The translations under genes were made by a program, and so were the position numbers. From Trueperaceae bacterium (lineage in GTDB: Bacteria; Deinococcota; Deinococci; Deinococcales; Trueperaceae), in the NCBI GenBank assembly GCA_035703635.1, contig DASSXV010000010.1, forward strand, positions 1-64,000: a stretch of 64,000 nucleotides of DNA, read 5' to 3'. The notes beneath the pieces were generated by a model. The model saw only the letters and a list, made by a program, of their open reading frames with translations. It made no database searches and was not told the DNA's origin. Shown here piece after piece: positions 40,446-48,879 of the stretch. Numbering within the stretch: position 1 is the first letter of the stretch; each line of letters starts with the position of its first letter.

Positions 40446-43387
40446 CCCTCTCCAGCCTGCTTGCGCTGCCTGCCGTAACTCATGCGCAGTTTGAAGAGCC
40501 CGCGCTTGTTGCGCGCGGCGGCGTCGGCCGCGTCGATCCCGAGTTGCGCAGCGGCTGCTTCGACGCTGATGGCAGGGGCGCCCGCGCCGAGCGTGAGGCG
40601 CACGACGGCCGCGTCGTCCGGCTCGAGTTCGCCCAGGAGCGCAGCTAGTTGCTCGTTCGTTGCCTTCGGGCCGGTCGGCCTCGCTGGTTTGGTGCGGGCC
40701 TTGGCCTTCGTGGCCTTCTTGGCCTTGGTGGGTGCTTTGGCCTTGGCGCCTGCTTTGGCCTTGGTGCCAGCCTTCGCCTTGGTGCTCGCCGCCTTGGCGC
40801 CGCGGCCGCCCCGCGTGCCGCCGCCTGCTGCCTCACGCGCGTCAAGGAGGTCGCTAGCTTGTTCGAGCGAGAGGTCGTCGACGCTCAGGTCGCGTGGCAG
40901 GGAGGCGTTCACGCTGCCGCGTTTGACGTACGGTCCGAAGCGCCCCTCGTACAGTTCGATCGGGTCGCCCGTGCGCGGGTCGGCGCCCAGCTCCTTGATG
41001 GGCGCCGTGCCACGGCGCTTCTTCTGAGAGAGGAGCTCGAGGGCGCGGTCGAGCCCGACGTCGAGCAGGAACTCGGCCTTCGGGATCGAGGCGTAGACGT
41101 TGCCGTGCTTCACGTACGGGCCGTAGCGCCCGATGCCGACCTCGACCGGCTTCGTGTCGTCAGGGTGCTCGCCCAGCTTCATCGGGAGTTCGATGAGCTT
41201 GAGCGCCAACTCGGCGTTCACGTCGTGCGGGGCTACGCCTGGCGGCAACGAGACGCGCTTCGGCTTGGCTCCAGCCTCGCCCGCCTCGCCTAACTGCAGG
41301 TACGGACCGAACGGCCCGCGCTTCAGGTAGATGGGCTCGTCGCTAATAGGTTCGGTCGCGACGACGACGTCGCCCATGTTGCCCTCGACGAGGTACTGCT
41401 CGAGCTCCGCCTTCGTCAGGTCGCCAGGCGCGACGTCCCGCGGCAGCGAAGTCGTCTTGACCTCACCGTCGAGCGGACCCTCGACGTACGGGCCATAACG
41501 CCCGACACGAACGATGTAAGGCGCCCACGCCTCGTTCTCGACGGTGGAGATCTGCCGTGCATCGATGACCTCGAGCGCGTCGTCCACGAGGCGCAAGATG
41601 CCGTGGTCGCCGAGGTAGAAGTCGCGCAAGTAGGTGCCGGAAGCGCGCGCGCCAGAAGCGATGTCGTCTAGCACGCGCTCCATCTGCGCCGTGAACTCCG
41701 TGTCGACGAGCTGCCTGAACTGCTTCTCGAGCAAGTTGTTAGTGGCGAACGCCGTGAAGGTAGGGACGAGCTGCTGACCTTGCTTCCGCGCGTACCCTCG
41801 AGCCTGGATGGTGTCGATGATGCTCGCGTAAGTGCTCGGCCGCCCGATGCCCTCCGCCTCGAGCAGCTTGACGAGCGACGCGTCCGTGTAGCGCGAAGGA
41901 GGCTTGGTCTCGTGACCTTCCGCCGTGACGCTCGAGCAGCTGAGTTCATCGCCGCTCGCGAGGGTGGGTAGCGGCTGATCGCGGTCGTCGAGGGCGGCAT
42001 CTGGGTCGTCGCTGCCCTCCACGTAGGCGCGGAAGAAGCCGGGGAAGAGGACCGTGCGGCCGCTCGCCCTGAACGCCAGCTCAGGTTGATCTGCTTGCGT
42101 GACCATGATGCGCGCCGTCACGAACTTGATGCGCGCGTCCGCCATCTGCGACGCGACAGTGCGCTTCCACACCAGGTCGTAAACCGACGCCTCGAGGCCC
42201 TTGAGGCCGTGCTCATCGGCGGTGCGCATCTCGGTGCCTGCCGGGCGGATGGCCTCGTGAGCTTCCTGCGCGTTGCGGGCAGGGCCCTTGTGCTTCCTCG
42301 TGCCCTGGCTGAGGAACGACTCTCCGTAGCGCCGCTCGATGGCCTCGCGCGTCGCGACGAGCGCTTCTTGCGAGAGGTTAGTCGAGTCGGTACGCATATA
42401 GGTTATGTAGCCGTTCTCGTACAGGCTCTGCGCGACGCGCATGGTGTCGCGGGCCGCCAAGCCGAGCTTGCGGCTCGCTTCCTGCTGCAGCGTAGAGGTG
42501 GTGAACGGCGCGGCCGGGCTGCGGTTCTGCTCGCGCTCCTCGAGCCCGGTTACACCCCAGGCGCCACGCGGCGCCGCGTCGGCGAGGCCCCGCGCCTCGA
42601 TCTCCGACAACTCGATGACGTCGGTGCCGCGTTTTAGTTCCGCTTTCAGCTTGCCGCTCTCCGCGTCGTAATCGCGGCCGCTTGCCACGCGCACGCCGGC
42701 TACGTGCGTCAGTGTCGCCTCGAAGCCGGCGCCGCCTTTGGCCACCTTGGCGCTGAGGTCCCAGTAGCTGGCAGGCACGAACACCATGCGCTCGCGTTCA
42801 CGCATCACGAGGAGCCGGACGGCGACGCTCTGCACCCGCCCCGCGCTGAGCTTAGGCGCGATCTTGCGCCACAGGAGCGGGCTGATGGCGTAACCGACGA
42901 GACGGTCTAGTACCCGCCGCGTCTCCTGCGCCTCGACCAAGTTCGAATCGATCTCGCGAGTGTTCTCGAGCGCGTCTAGGATGGCGCGCTCAGTGATCTC
43001 GTGGAAGACCATGCGCTTGACTGGAACCTTCGGCTGCAGCAACTCGATCAGGTGCCAGCCGATCGACTCGCCCTCGCGATCCTCGTCAGTCGCGATGTAG
43101 ACCTCGTCTGCGCTCTTCAAGGCGGCCTGCAGCGTCTTCACCACAGCCTTCTTCTTGGGAGACACGACGTAGAGGGGCTCGAAACCAGCGTCCACGTTGA
43201 CGCCAAGTCGCGCCCACTCGTTGCCCTTGTAGCTGTCCGGAATCTCGGCCGCGTTGGACGGCAAGTCCCTGACGTGGCCCATGCTGGCCTCTACTTGGTA
43301 GTCGGCTGGCAGGAAGCGCTTGATTGTGCGCGCCTTGGTTGGCGACTCGACGATCACGAGTCGCTTCATGGCAGGTGATGACGACAA
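40442..43387 (-). CDS. topA: DNA topoisomerase I (type IA) with Topo_C repeats, Lys/Ala tail and terminal HTH-like domain
   Basis: LVIVESPTKA, ATDEDREGE, SAGRVQS, ITYMRTDS, AQEAHEAIRP, GIGRPSTYA; four GR(Y/F)GPY-type repeats and no Cys4 ribbons; start TTG 43387 or ATG 43369. Confidence 0.97.
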   Translation of the reverse strand: MSSSPAMKRLVIVESPTKARTIKRFLPADYQVEASMGHVRDLPSNAAEIPDSYKGNEWARLGVNVDAGFEPLYVVSPKKKAVVKTLQAALKSADEVYIATDEDREGESIGWHLIELLQPKVPVKRMVFHEITERAILDALENTREIDSNLVEAQETRRVLDRLVGYAISPLLWRKIAPKLSAGRVQSVAVRLLVMRERERMVFVPASYWDLSAKVAKGGAGFEATLTHVAGVRVASGRDYDAESGKLKAELKRGTDVIELSEIEARGLADAAPRGAWGVTGLEEREQNRSPAAPFTTSTLQQEASRKLGLAARDTMRVAQSLYENGYITYMRTDSTNLSQEALVATREAIERRYGESFLSQGTRKHKGPARNAQEAHEAIRPAGTEMRTADEHGLKGLEASVYDLVWKRTVASQMADARIKFVTARIMVTQADQPELAFRASGRTVLFPGFFRAYVEGSDDPDAALDDRDQPLPTLASGDELSCSSVTAEGHETKPPSRYTDASLVKLLEAEGIGRPSTYASIIDTIQARGYARKQGQQLVPTFTAFATNNLLEKQFRQLVDTEFTAQMERVLDDIASGARASGTYLRDFYLGDHGILRLVDDALEVIDARQISTVENEAWAPYIVRVGRYGPYVEGPLDGEVKTTSLPRDVAPGDLTKAELEQYLVEGNMGDVVVATEPISDEPIYLKRGPFGPYLQLGEAGEAGAKPKRVSLPPGVAPHDVNAELALKLIELPMKLGEHPDDTKPVEVGIGRYGPYVKHGNVYASIPKAEFLLDVGLDRALELLSQKKRRGTAPIKELGADPRTGDPIELYEGRFGPYVKRGSVNASLPRDLSVDDLSLEQASDLLDAREAAGGGTRGGRGAKAASTKAKAGTKAKAGAKAKAPTKAKKATKAKARTKPARPTGPKATNEQLAALLGELEPDDAAVVRLTLGAGAPAISVEAAAAQLGIDAADAAARNKRGLFKLRMSYGRQRKQAGEG

Positions 43388-43421
43388 GATTACTAACCCC
43401 TATCCTTCGTGAAGCGGGCAC

Positions 43422-43449
43422 ATTATACGCACGCTCCTCGTGAGGTCAA
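43422..43449 (-). promoter_or_regulatory. Sigma-70-type promoter of topA
   Basis: TTGACC (43449-43444), 16-nt spacer, TATAAT (43427-43422). Confidence 0.75.
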
Positions 43450-43457
43450 GGGCGTGG

Positions 43458-44060
43458 TCAGACTGGGCGCCGGTTACTGATGGCGCGGCCTAGCGTAACC
43501 TCGTCTGCGTACTCTAGGTCCCCGCCTACGGGAAGACCGTACGCGATACGGCTGACCGCAACGCCTGAGGACCCGAGTTGGCGCGCCAAGTAGTGCGCCG
43601 TTGCCTCGCCTTCCACGGTTGTCGAGGTGGCGAGGACGACCTCGCGCACGCCAGCTAGGCGCTGTTGAAGGGCGGCGATGGTCAGTTGCTCAGGTCCGAT
43701 GCCGTTCATGGGGCTGAGGGAGCCGTGCAGCACGTGATACAGCCCCTGGTACTCGCCTGAGCGCTCGATGGCAAGCAAGTCAGCTGGTTGTTCGACAACG
43801 CACAAGAGGGCGCGGTCGCGGCGCGTGTCTGCGCACACGGCGCAGCAGTCAGACCCGCTGCTCATGACGTTGAAGCAGAGCGGGCAACGCTCGAGGCCCG
43901 TCTTAGCCTCAACGAGGGCGGCGGCTAGCGCCCTCACTTCCTCTTCAGGGCGGTTGAAGAGGTAGAACGCCAGGCGCTGAGCGCTCTTCGGCCCGATGCC
44001 AGGCAGGCGCCCCAGCTCGCGGATGAGCGTAAGGAGCGCCGTTGGGAAGCGCACGCTCAT
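43458..44060 (-). CDS. recR: Recombination mediator RecR
   Basis: LPGIGPKSAQR, Cys4, YHVLHG, EGEATA, SRIAYGLPVGGDLEYAD. Confidence 0.97.
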   Translation of the reverse strand: MSVRFPTALLTLIRELGRLPGIGPKSAQRLAFYLFNRPEEEVRALAAALVEAKTGLERCPLCFNVMSSGSDCCAVCADTRRDRALLCVVEQPADLLAIERSGEYQGLYHVLHGSLSPMNGIGPEQLTIAALQQRLAGVREVVLATSTTVEGEATAHYLARQLGSSGVAVSRIAYGLPVGGDLEYADEVTLGRAISNRRPV

Positions 44061-44109
44061 GCAACTACCGCGCTTAGGTGAGTACGCCGGCGCCGCGTGT
44101 TCTGCTGGC

Positions 44110-44421
44110 TCAGAGCATGCCCCCGAGGCCGCCCATGCCGCCCATGGCAGCGCCCATCTCCTTCTCCTGCAGTTCCTTGGCCTTGCGCTGAGCGTCGCTT
44201 ACGGCGGCCGTGACGAGGTCTTCGAGCATCTCGACGTCTGACGCGTCGACGACCTTGGCATCGATGCGCACCTTGGTGACGGTGCCGTCGCCCGTTGCCT
44301 CTGCACGCACCAAGCCGGCGCCCGCCGAGCCCTCGACGGTCATGCTTGCCAGGCGCTCTTGCGCCTCGTTCACTTTCTGCTGGGCGCGTTGGGCTTCTTT
44401 CATCAGCTTCTGGATGTTCAC
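44110..44421 (-). CDS. ybaB: YbaB/EbfC nucleoid-associated protein
   Basis: LMKEAQ, GSAGAGLV, EMLEDLVTAA; dnaX-ybaB-recR synteny; SD GAGGAG. Confidence 0.95.
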   Translation of the reverse strand: MNIQKLMKEAQRAQQKVNEAQERLASMTVEGSAGAGLVRAEATGDGTVTKVRIDAKVVDASDVEMLEDLVTAAVSDAQRKAKELQEKEMGAAMGGMGGLGGML

Positions 44422-44472
44422 GTTCGCTCCTCTGTGGTCAGGTGCTGCGTATAAGTCAAGTGACTTGGGTTC

Positions 44473-45138
44473 TCAGGCGTCGTCGTTGTCCAACTCGGCG
44501 CCGGTTGGGTCATCGTACCCGTCAGCGAAGGCCGCTTCTGTTGCGCTCTGTGCGTCGCTCTCGTCCCCGGTGTCAGCAGCTTGGCGCAGCGGAACGACCT
44601 CGATGACTTTGCCGGGGAAGAGCGCGACCAACTCCGCGAACGCCTTGCCCTGCGGCGTGTCAGTACTGACGGTCTTCGGCGCGAACGCAGGCTGAGTGGC
44701 CGGTGGCTTGCTCCCGCCGCGCGGTGGGCGCTCGCCGGCTCTGCTCGGCGCTGGTCGCGCGGCAGGCGCTGCGCGGCTGCTCGAGCTCGCCTGAGTGCTT
44801 GACTGGCTCGGCGTCGCCAGCTCGGGTGACTCATCGTCGACCGGCGCCCCGCCACCCCCCGCGGGGAGTTCATCGCTCCCGTCGTCCGCCCACAGGTCCC
44901 CAGTGGCGCCACCGAATGACGAGTCGACGTCCTCCGGAATGAAGTCCGTGACCTCGGCCGGAGCGCCGCTTGGGCGCGCAGCTGGCGGGGGCGTGGCCGG
45001 CGCAGGTTGCGGAGCTTGGGCTACCGGGGCGGGGGTTGGCCGCGGCCGGCGAGGCGCAGGGTCGAACGCGGCCGCCTCGCTGGTTCGCCCTTCCGGTTCG
45101 CTCGCTTGCGGAGCGGGAACTGCCCGCCCCGTCAGGCT
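44473..45138 (-). CDS. dnaX: -1 frame continuation of dnaX (tau-specific C-terminal part, 221 codons)
   Basis: Frame checked codon by codon as open from 45156 to TGA 44475-44473, with no usable own start; Pro/Ala-rich linker, then GKAFAELVALFPGKVIEVVPL and an acidic tail; fills the dnaX-ybaB gap. Confidence 0.75.
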   Translation of the reverse strand, partial: SLTGRAVPAPQASEPEGRTSEAAAFDPAPRRPRPTPAPVAQAPQPAPATPPPAARPSGAPAEVTDFIPEDVDSSFGGATGDLWADDGSDELPAGGGGAPVDDESPELATPSQSSTQASSSSRAAPAARPAPSRAGERPPRGGSKPPATQPAFAPKTVSTDTPQGKAFAELVALFPGKVIEVVPLRQAADTGDESDAQSATEAAFADGYDDPTGAELDNDDA

Positions 45139-45144
45139 TTTTTT
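45109..45144 (-). other. Putative -1 frameshift signal
   Basis: A AAA AAA (45144-45138), spacer GCCUGA, hairpin CGGGGCGGG-CAGUU-CCCGCUCCG (45131-45109). Confidence 0.7.
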
Positions 45145-46643
45145 GGACCACCACCGCTAGTGGCGCCCGTGACTTTGGCGCGCGCGTTGCCTGCGGGTCC
45201 GTCGATGACCAACTCGTACCCGGGGCCAGCCACCTCAGCCACTAGCTTCGTGAACTCGTCAAGGCGCTGGAGCAGTTGCTTGTGGTGGAACTCGTTCTCT
45301 GCGGGGAAGATCACGCGGATGACCGTGTCTGCTTGCTCAACGCGTGCTGGGGCGAGGAAGGCCTTGAGGCGCACGTCGGCGCGGCTCCTCACGGCATGCC
45401 ACGAGAAGGCGCCGGCCGGGGCGCCCGCCATGGGCGGCGCCTCGACGGCGGGCGCCGCCTCGGCGGCTGGCTCCGCTGGCTTATCCCTCTCCCCGACGTC
45501 ACGGGGCGCCGCGCTCGGGCCCTCGACCTTCTTGGGCTCCGCACGCTTCGGTGCCGCGGTCTGCTGAGCTTCATGCGTGGCGGCGGCCGGCGCTGTGAAC
45601 GCGGCGGGCACGTTGCCGCTAAGCGCATTGCGCGCCTTGATGAGAGCGACCTCGAGTGAGTAGAGGTCGTCGTGCCTGATGAAGCGCTCCTGCTCGTCAT
45701 CGAGCGCGTGGAGTAGTCGCAGTAGTTCCGTGTCCGTGAGCGCGAGCTGCGACTCGCCAGCTAGTTGGGCGTGCAGCGCCGTCCGCAAGGTGCGCGCCAA
45801 CTGCTCGGCGAGGGTGCGCGGCGCGAAACCCGCCCGGTAGAGGCTGCCCGCCTGCTCGAGGAGACCAGTCAGGTCGCCGGTAGCCAAGGCTGCCGCCATG
45901 GCAAGCAGCCGCTCGTGAGGTGGTAGTCCGAGCGCGTCCTCCGTGTGTTGCAGCGTCACAGGCTCGCCGGTGGCTAGGAGGCGATCGAGGAGCGACTCTG
46001 CATCGCGCATGCCGCCGTCCGCACTGCGCGCCACTAGGTCGAGGGCGGGCGCCTCTGCGGCCACGCCAGCGCCCTCCGCGAGCCGCGCGAGTTTCCCGAC
46101 GATCTCGCCGTCAGTCAAGCGCCGGAAGCGGAAGTGCTGGCAGCGCGAGAGCACCGTCGGCGGCAGGCGCTCCGGTTCAGTCGTCGCGAGGATGAACATC
46201 AGACCTGGCGGCGGTTCCTCGAGCGTCTTGAGCAGGGCGTTAGCTGCGGCTTTGCTGAGCATGTGCGCCTCGTCGAGGATCCAGACGCGCGTGCCGCCGC
46301 GCATGCTCGCGAGCATGGCGTGTTCGCGCAAGTCGCGCACGTCCTCGACGGAGTTGTTGGAAGCCGCGTCAAGCTCGATGACGTCCGGGTGCGAACCGGC
46401 CTGGACGAGGCGGCACGACTCGCAGACACCGCACGGGCGTTTCTCGGCGGGGGCCTCACAGTTGACGGCCATGGCGAGGAGTCGCGCGCTGGTCGTCTTA
46501 CCAACCCCGCGCGGCCCAGAGAATAGGTAAGCGTGCCCGACTCGCCCGCGCCTGATGGCGGAAGTCAGGACGTCCTTGACGTGGTCCTGCCCCACGACCT
46601 CGTCGAACGTGACCGGCCGTGCCCGTTGGTAAAGAGCCGACAT
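45132..46643 (-). CDS. dnaX: DNA polymerase III subunit gamma/tau (frame-0 product, 503 aa)
   Basis: ALYQRARP, GPRGVGKT, Cys4, ELDAASN, ILDEAHML, LKTLEEPP, SRC, GGMRDA. Confidence 0.97.
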   Translation of the reverse strand: MSALYQRARPVTFDEVVGQDHVKDVLTSAIRRGRVGHAYLFSGPRGVGKTTSARLLAMAVNCEAPAEKRPCGVCESCRLVQAGSHPDVIELDAASNNSVEDVRDLREHAMLASMRGGTRVWILDEAHMLSKAAANALLKTLEEPPPGLMFILATTEPERLPPTVLSRCQHFRFRRLTDGEIVGKLARLAEGAGVAAEAPALDLVARSADGGMRDAESLLDRLLATGEPVTLQHTEDALGLPPHERLLAMAAALATGDLTGLLEQAGSLYRAGFAPRTLAEQLARTLRTALHAQLAGESQLALTDTELLRLLHALDDEQERFIRHDDLYSLEVALIKARNALSGNVPAAFTAPAAATHEAQQTAAPKRAEPKKVEGPSAAPRDVGERDKPAEPAAEAAPAVEAPPMAGAPAGAFSWHAVRSRADVRLKAFLAPARVEQADTVIRVIFPAENEFHHKQLLQRLDEFTKLVAEVAGPGYELVIDGPAGNARAKVTGATSGGGPKKA

Positions 46644-46719
46644 CTCGCGGGGAGTCTACCATCGGGCTCGCTCCGCCCCCGTCCGCCGCCAGGCCGGTAG
46701 CCGGTTGTAACATCGACCC

Positions 46720-47613
46720 ATGCAACGGCTAGAGACAGCGGGCATGCGCGTAGCCGTCGCCCTCGGGGGCGGTACGGCGCGTGGCCTCGTGCACGTCGGC
46801 GTCCTCAAGGCGCTCGACGCCAACGGAGCGCCGCCCGTCATGCTCGGCGGCACGTCGTTCGGAGCCATCATCGCGGCGCTCTACGCCCTCACGGGCAACG
46901 CCCTCGAGGTGGAGCGCATCGTGCGCGATCAGGACATGGCGGAGGTCTGGCGCCAGGGACTCGACTTCGGTCTGCATCATGGCGCCCTGATCAACGGCCG
47001 CCGCCTACGCGACTGGCTTGACCGCAAGTACTTCCTCGGCGCCACTTTCGCTGACGTGCAGGTGCCGCTCGTCATCGCCACGACCGACCTCGCTACTGGC
47101 GAGCTAGTGCGCGTCGATTCCGGCAACATCGCCGACGCCGTGCGCGCCAGCTGCTCACTGCCAGGCCTCTTCGCCCCGGTGAAGGCCGGCGGACGCTGGT
47201 TGATCGACGGCGGCTTCGTCGAACCGGTGCCGTTCTCGAGCCTGCCTGTCGCCAACGGTGTCGCCAGGCTAGGCGTGCACGCAGGTGTCGACGTGCGGCG
47301 CTCCGGCGTGGTCAGGGCCATCAGGCGCTTCAACGCCTCGCGCGTAGGGCAAGCTTTCCTGCGCCGCGGGGCGCGCGTCGAACCCCACGGGCCGCTAGGT
47401 CAGATCTATCGGGGCTTGGCGATCTCATTGGGCTCGTACAGCCACGCACTGCAAGCACCGGCCGCGGCTACGCTGCTGCGGCTAGATCCTCACATGGCGT
47501 GGTGGGACTTCCACAAGTCGCCCCTCGCCATCCAAGTCGGCGAGCGAGCCATGACCGAACTCATCGCTAGCGGCTTCATCTGCCGCGGCGGCGCGGTACC
47601 CTCACCGGCATGA
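46720..47613 (+). CDS. Patatin-like phospholipase
   Basis: GGGTARG, GTSFG (GxSxG), DGG. Confidence 0.9.
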   Translation: MQRLETAGMRVAVALGGGTARGLVHVGVLKALDANGAPPVMLGGTSFGAIIAALYALTGNALEVERIVRDQDMAEVWRQGLDFGLHHGALINGRRLRDWLDRKYFLGATFADVQVPLVIATTDLATGELVRVDSGNIADAVRASCSLPGLFAPVKAGGRWLIDGGFVEPVPFSSLPVANGVARLGVHAGVDVRRSGVVRAIRRFNASRVGQAFLRRGARVEPHGPLGQIYRGLAISLGSYSHALQAPAAATLLRLDPHMAWWDFHKSPLAIQVGERAMTELIASGFICRGGAVPSPA

Positions 47614-48827
47614 CGACGCCAGCTCGCTCGCTCTTCCCGGCCCTATCCCAAGCAGACTGGTGGGGACCCTTCATGGCCAGGCGAGAGGCGAGTGCGTCCA
47701 GCGCCGACTTACCCGTAGCGCTCGCTGCCGCTGGGTACCCGGACCCGGCCTCCGCCATGGCGCACACCATCCTCAGTAACCGCTCCGTGCTGAGCACCTA
47801 CGCGACGGGCCGCGTGCCAGACGGACTGCGCACGCTACTACGGGCCGAACTGTGGCGCTTGGGTGAGCTCTTGAGGCGCGTGAACCAACCCGTCGACGGG
47901 GTCGCGTCGACCAAGCACCCGATCGTCCTGACGGGCCTGGCCGAACCGTGCCTGAGCGCCGGTGCGGCCGAGCGCGTGGCCAAACTCGCCTCTGCGCTAT
48001 CGACCGCCGACGCAGACGGCGTTTCAAGCGTGTTCCTCGAGCTCTTGAGGACCGTAGGCAACGGACCGGCGGCGCTCTACCCCGTACTGACGTGGCGCGG
48101 CGGTCGTCTGGAGCCCGTGCGCTACCCGGACACGCCGGCGTGGGAGGAGCTCGTCGACTTAGATGACCCGCTCGAGCGCTTGGCGCAGAACACGGAGGCG
48201 CTGCTGCTAGGCAGGCAAGCGAACGATGTCCTCGCTTACGGCGCGCGCGGTAGCGGCAAGTCGACCGCCGTGCGCGGCTTGGCGCAGCGTTACGCCAGCG
48301 GCGGCCTCCGCTTGGTGGAGGTGCCCGTAGGCGCGCTAGAGGAGCTGCCGCTCCTCCTCGAGGAGTTGAGGCCGCAGCCTCTCAAGTTCGTGCTGTTCGT
48401 CGACGACCTCTCGTTCGGTGGTGGCGACCAGGAGTACCGGCCACTCAAGAGCCTCCTCGAGGGCGGCGTGAGGCGGCGGCCAGACAACACGGTCGTGTAC
48501 GCCACCTCCAACCGCAGGCACCTAGTGCGCGAACGCCTCAGCGACCGTCCAGACCCCCTCGACGACGACGTTCACGCTTGGGACACCCACCAGGAGCGGC
48601 TAGCGCTAGCCGACCGTTTCGGGCTCGTCATCACGTTCCCGGCAGCAGATCAACGGCAATACCTGAAGATGGTCCGTTCCCTCGCGAGCGCCAAGGGCAT
48701 CTCGTTGGCCCAAGACCTCGAGGAGCGGGCGCTGCGCTTCGCTGAGTGGAACAACGGCTACTCCGGACGCACGGCCAAGCAGTTCGTGGCGTCCTTGCAG
48801 GTCGCACCGGACCCGGGCCGTGGGTGA
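47610..48827 (+). CDS. DUF815 AAA+ ATPase
   Basis: GARGSGKS, FVDDLSF, YATSNRRHL, LADRFGL, SGRTAKQF. Confidence 0.88.
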   Translation: MTTPARSLFPALSQADWWGPFMARREASASSADLPVALAAAGYPDPASAMAHTILSNRSVLSTYATGRVPDGLRTLLRAELWRLGELLRRVNQPVDGVASTKHPIVLTGLAEPCLSAGAAERVAKLASALSTADADGVSSVFLELLRTVGNGPAALYPVLTWRGGRLEPVRYPDTPAWEELVDLDDPLERLAQNTEALLLGRQANDVLAYGARGSGKSTAVRGLAQRYASGGLRLVEVPVGALEELPLLLEELRPQPLKFVLFVDDLSFGGGDQEYRPLKSLLEGGVRRRPDNTVVYATSNRRHLVRERLSDRPDPLDDDVHAWDTHQERLALADRFGLVITFPAADQRQYLKMVRSLASAKGISLAQDLEERALRFAEWNNGYSGRTAKQFVASLQVAPDPGRG

Positions 48828-48879
48828 GGGGAAGAAGACCCTAGCCCCGCGCGGGAGGCGCCGTTAGTCTGAAGTTGCG

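Noticed and set aside
44418-45154. ORF-track entries 44418..44912 (-) and 44870..45154 (-) as genes, or a +1 shift of dnaX
   Set aside because: Arg/Ser-rich off-frame composition; only the -1 frame spans the gap and has a tau-like end
48832-48851. DosR-like half match (AAGAAGACCCTAGCCCCGCG) upstream of the P-type ATPase
   Set aside because: Left half lacks GGG; expected by chance in high-GC DNA
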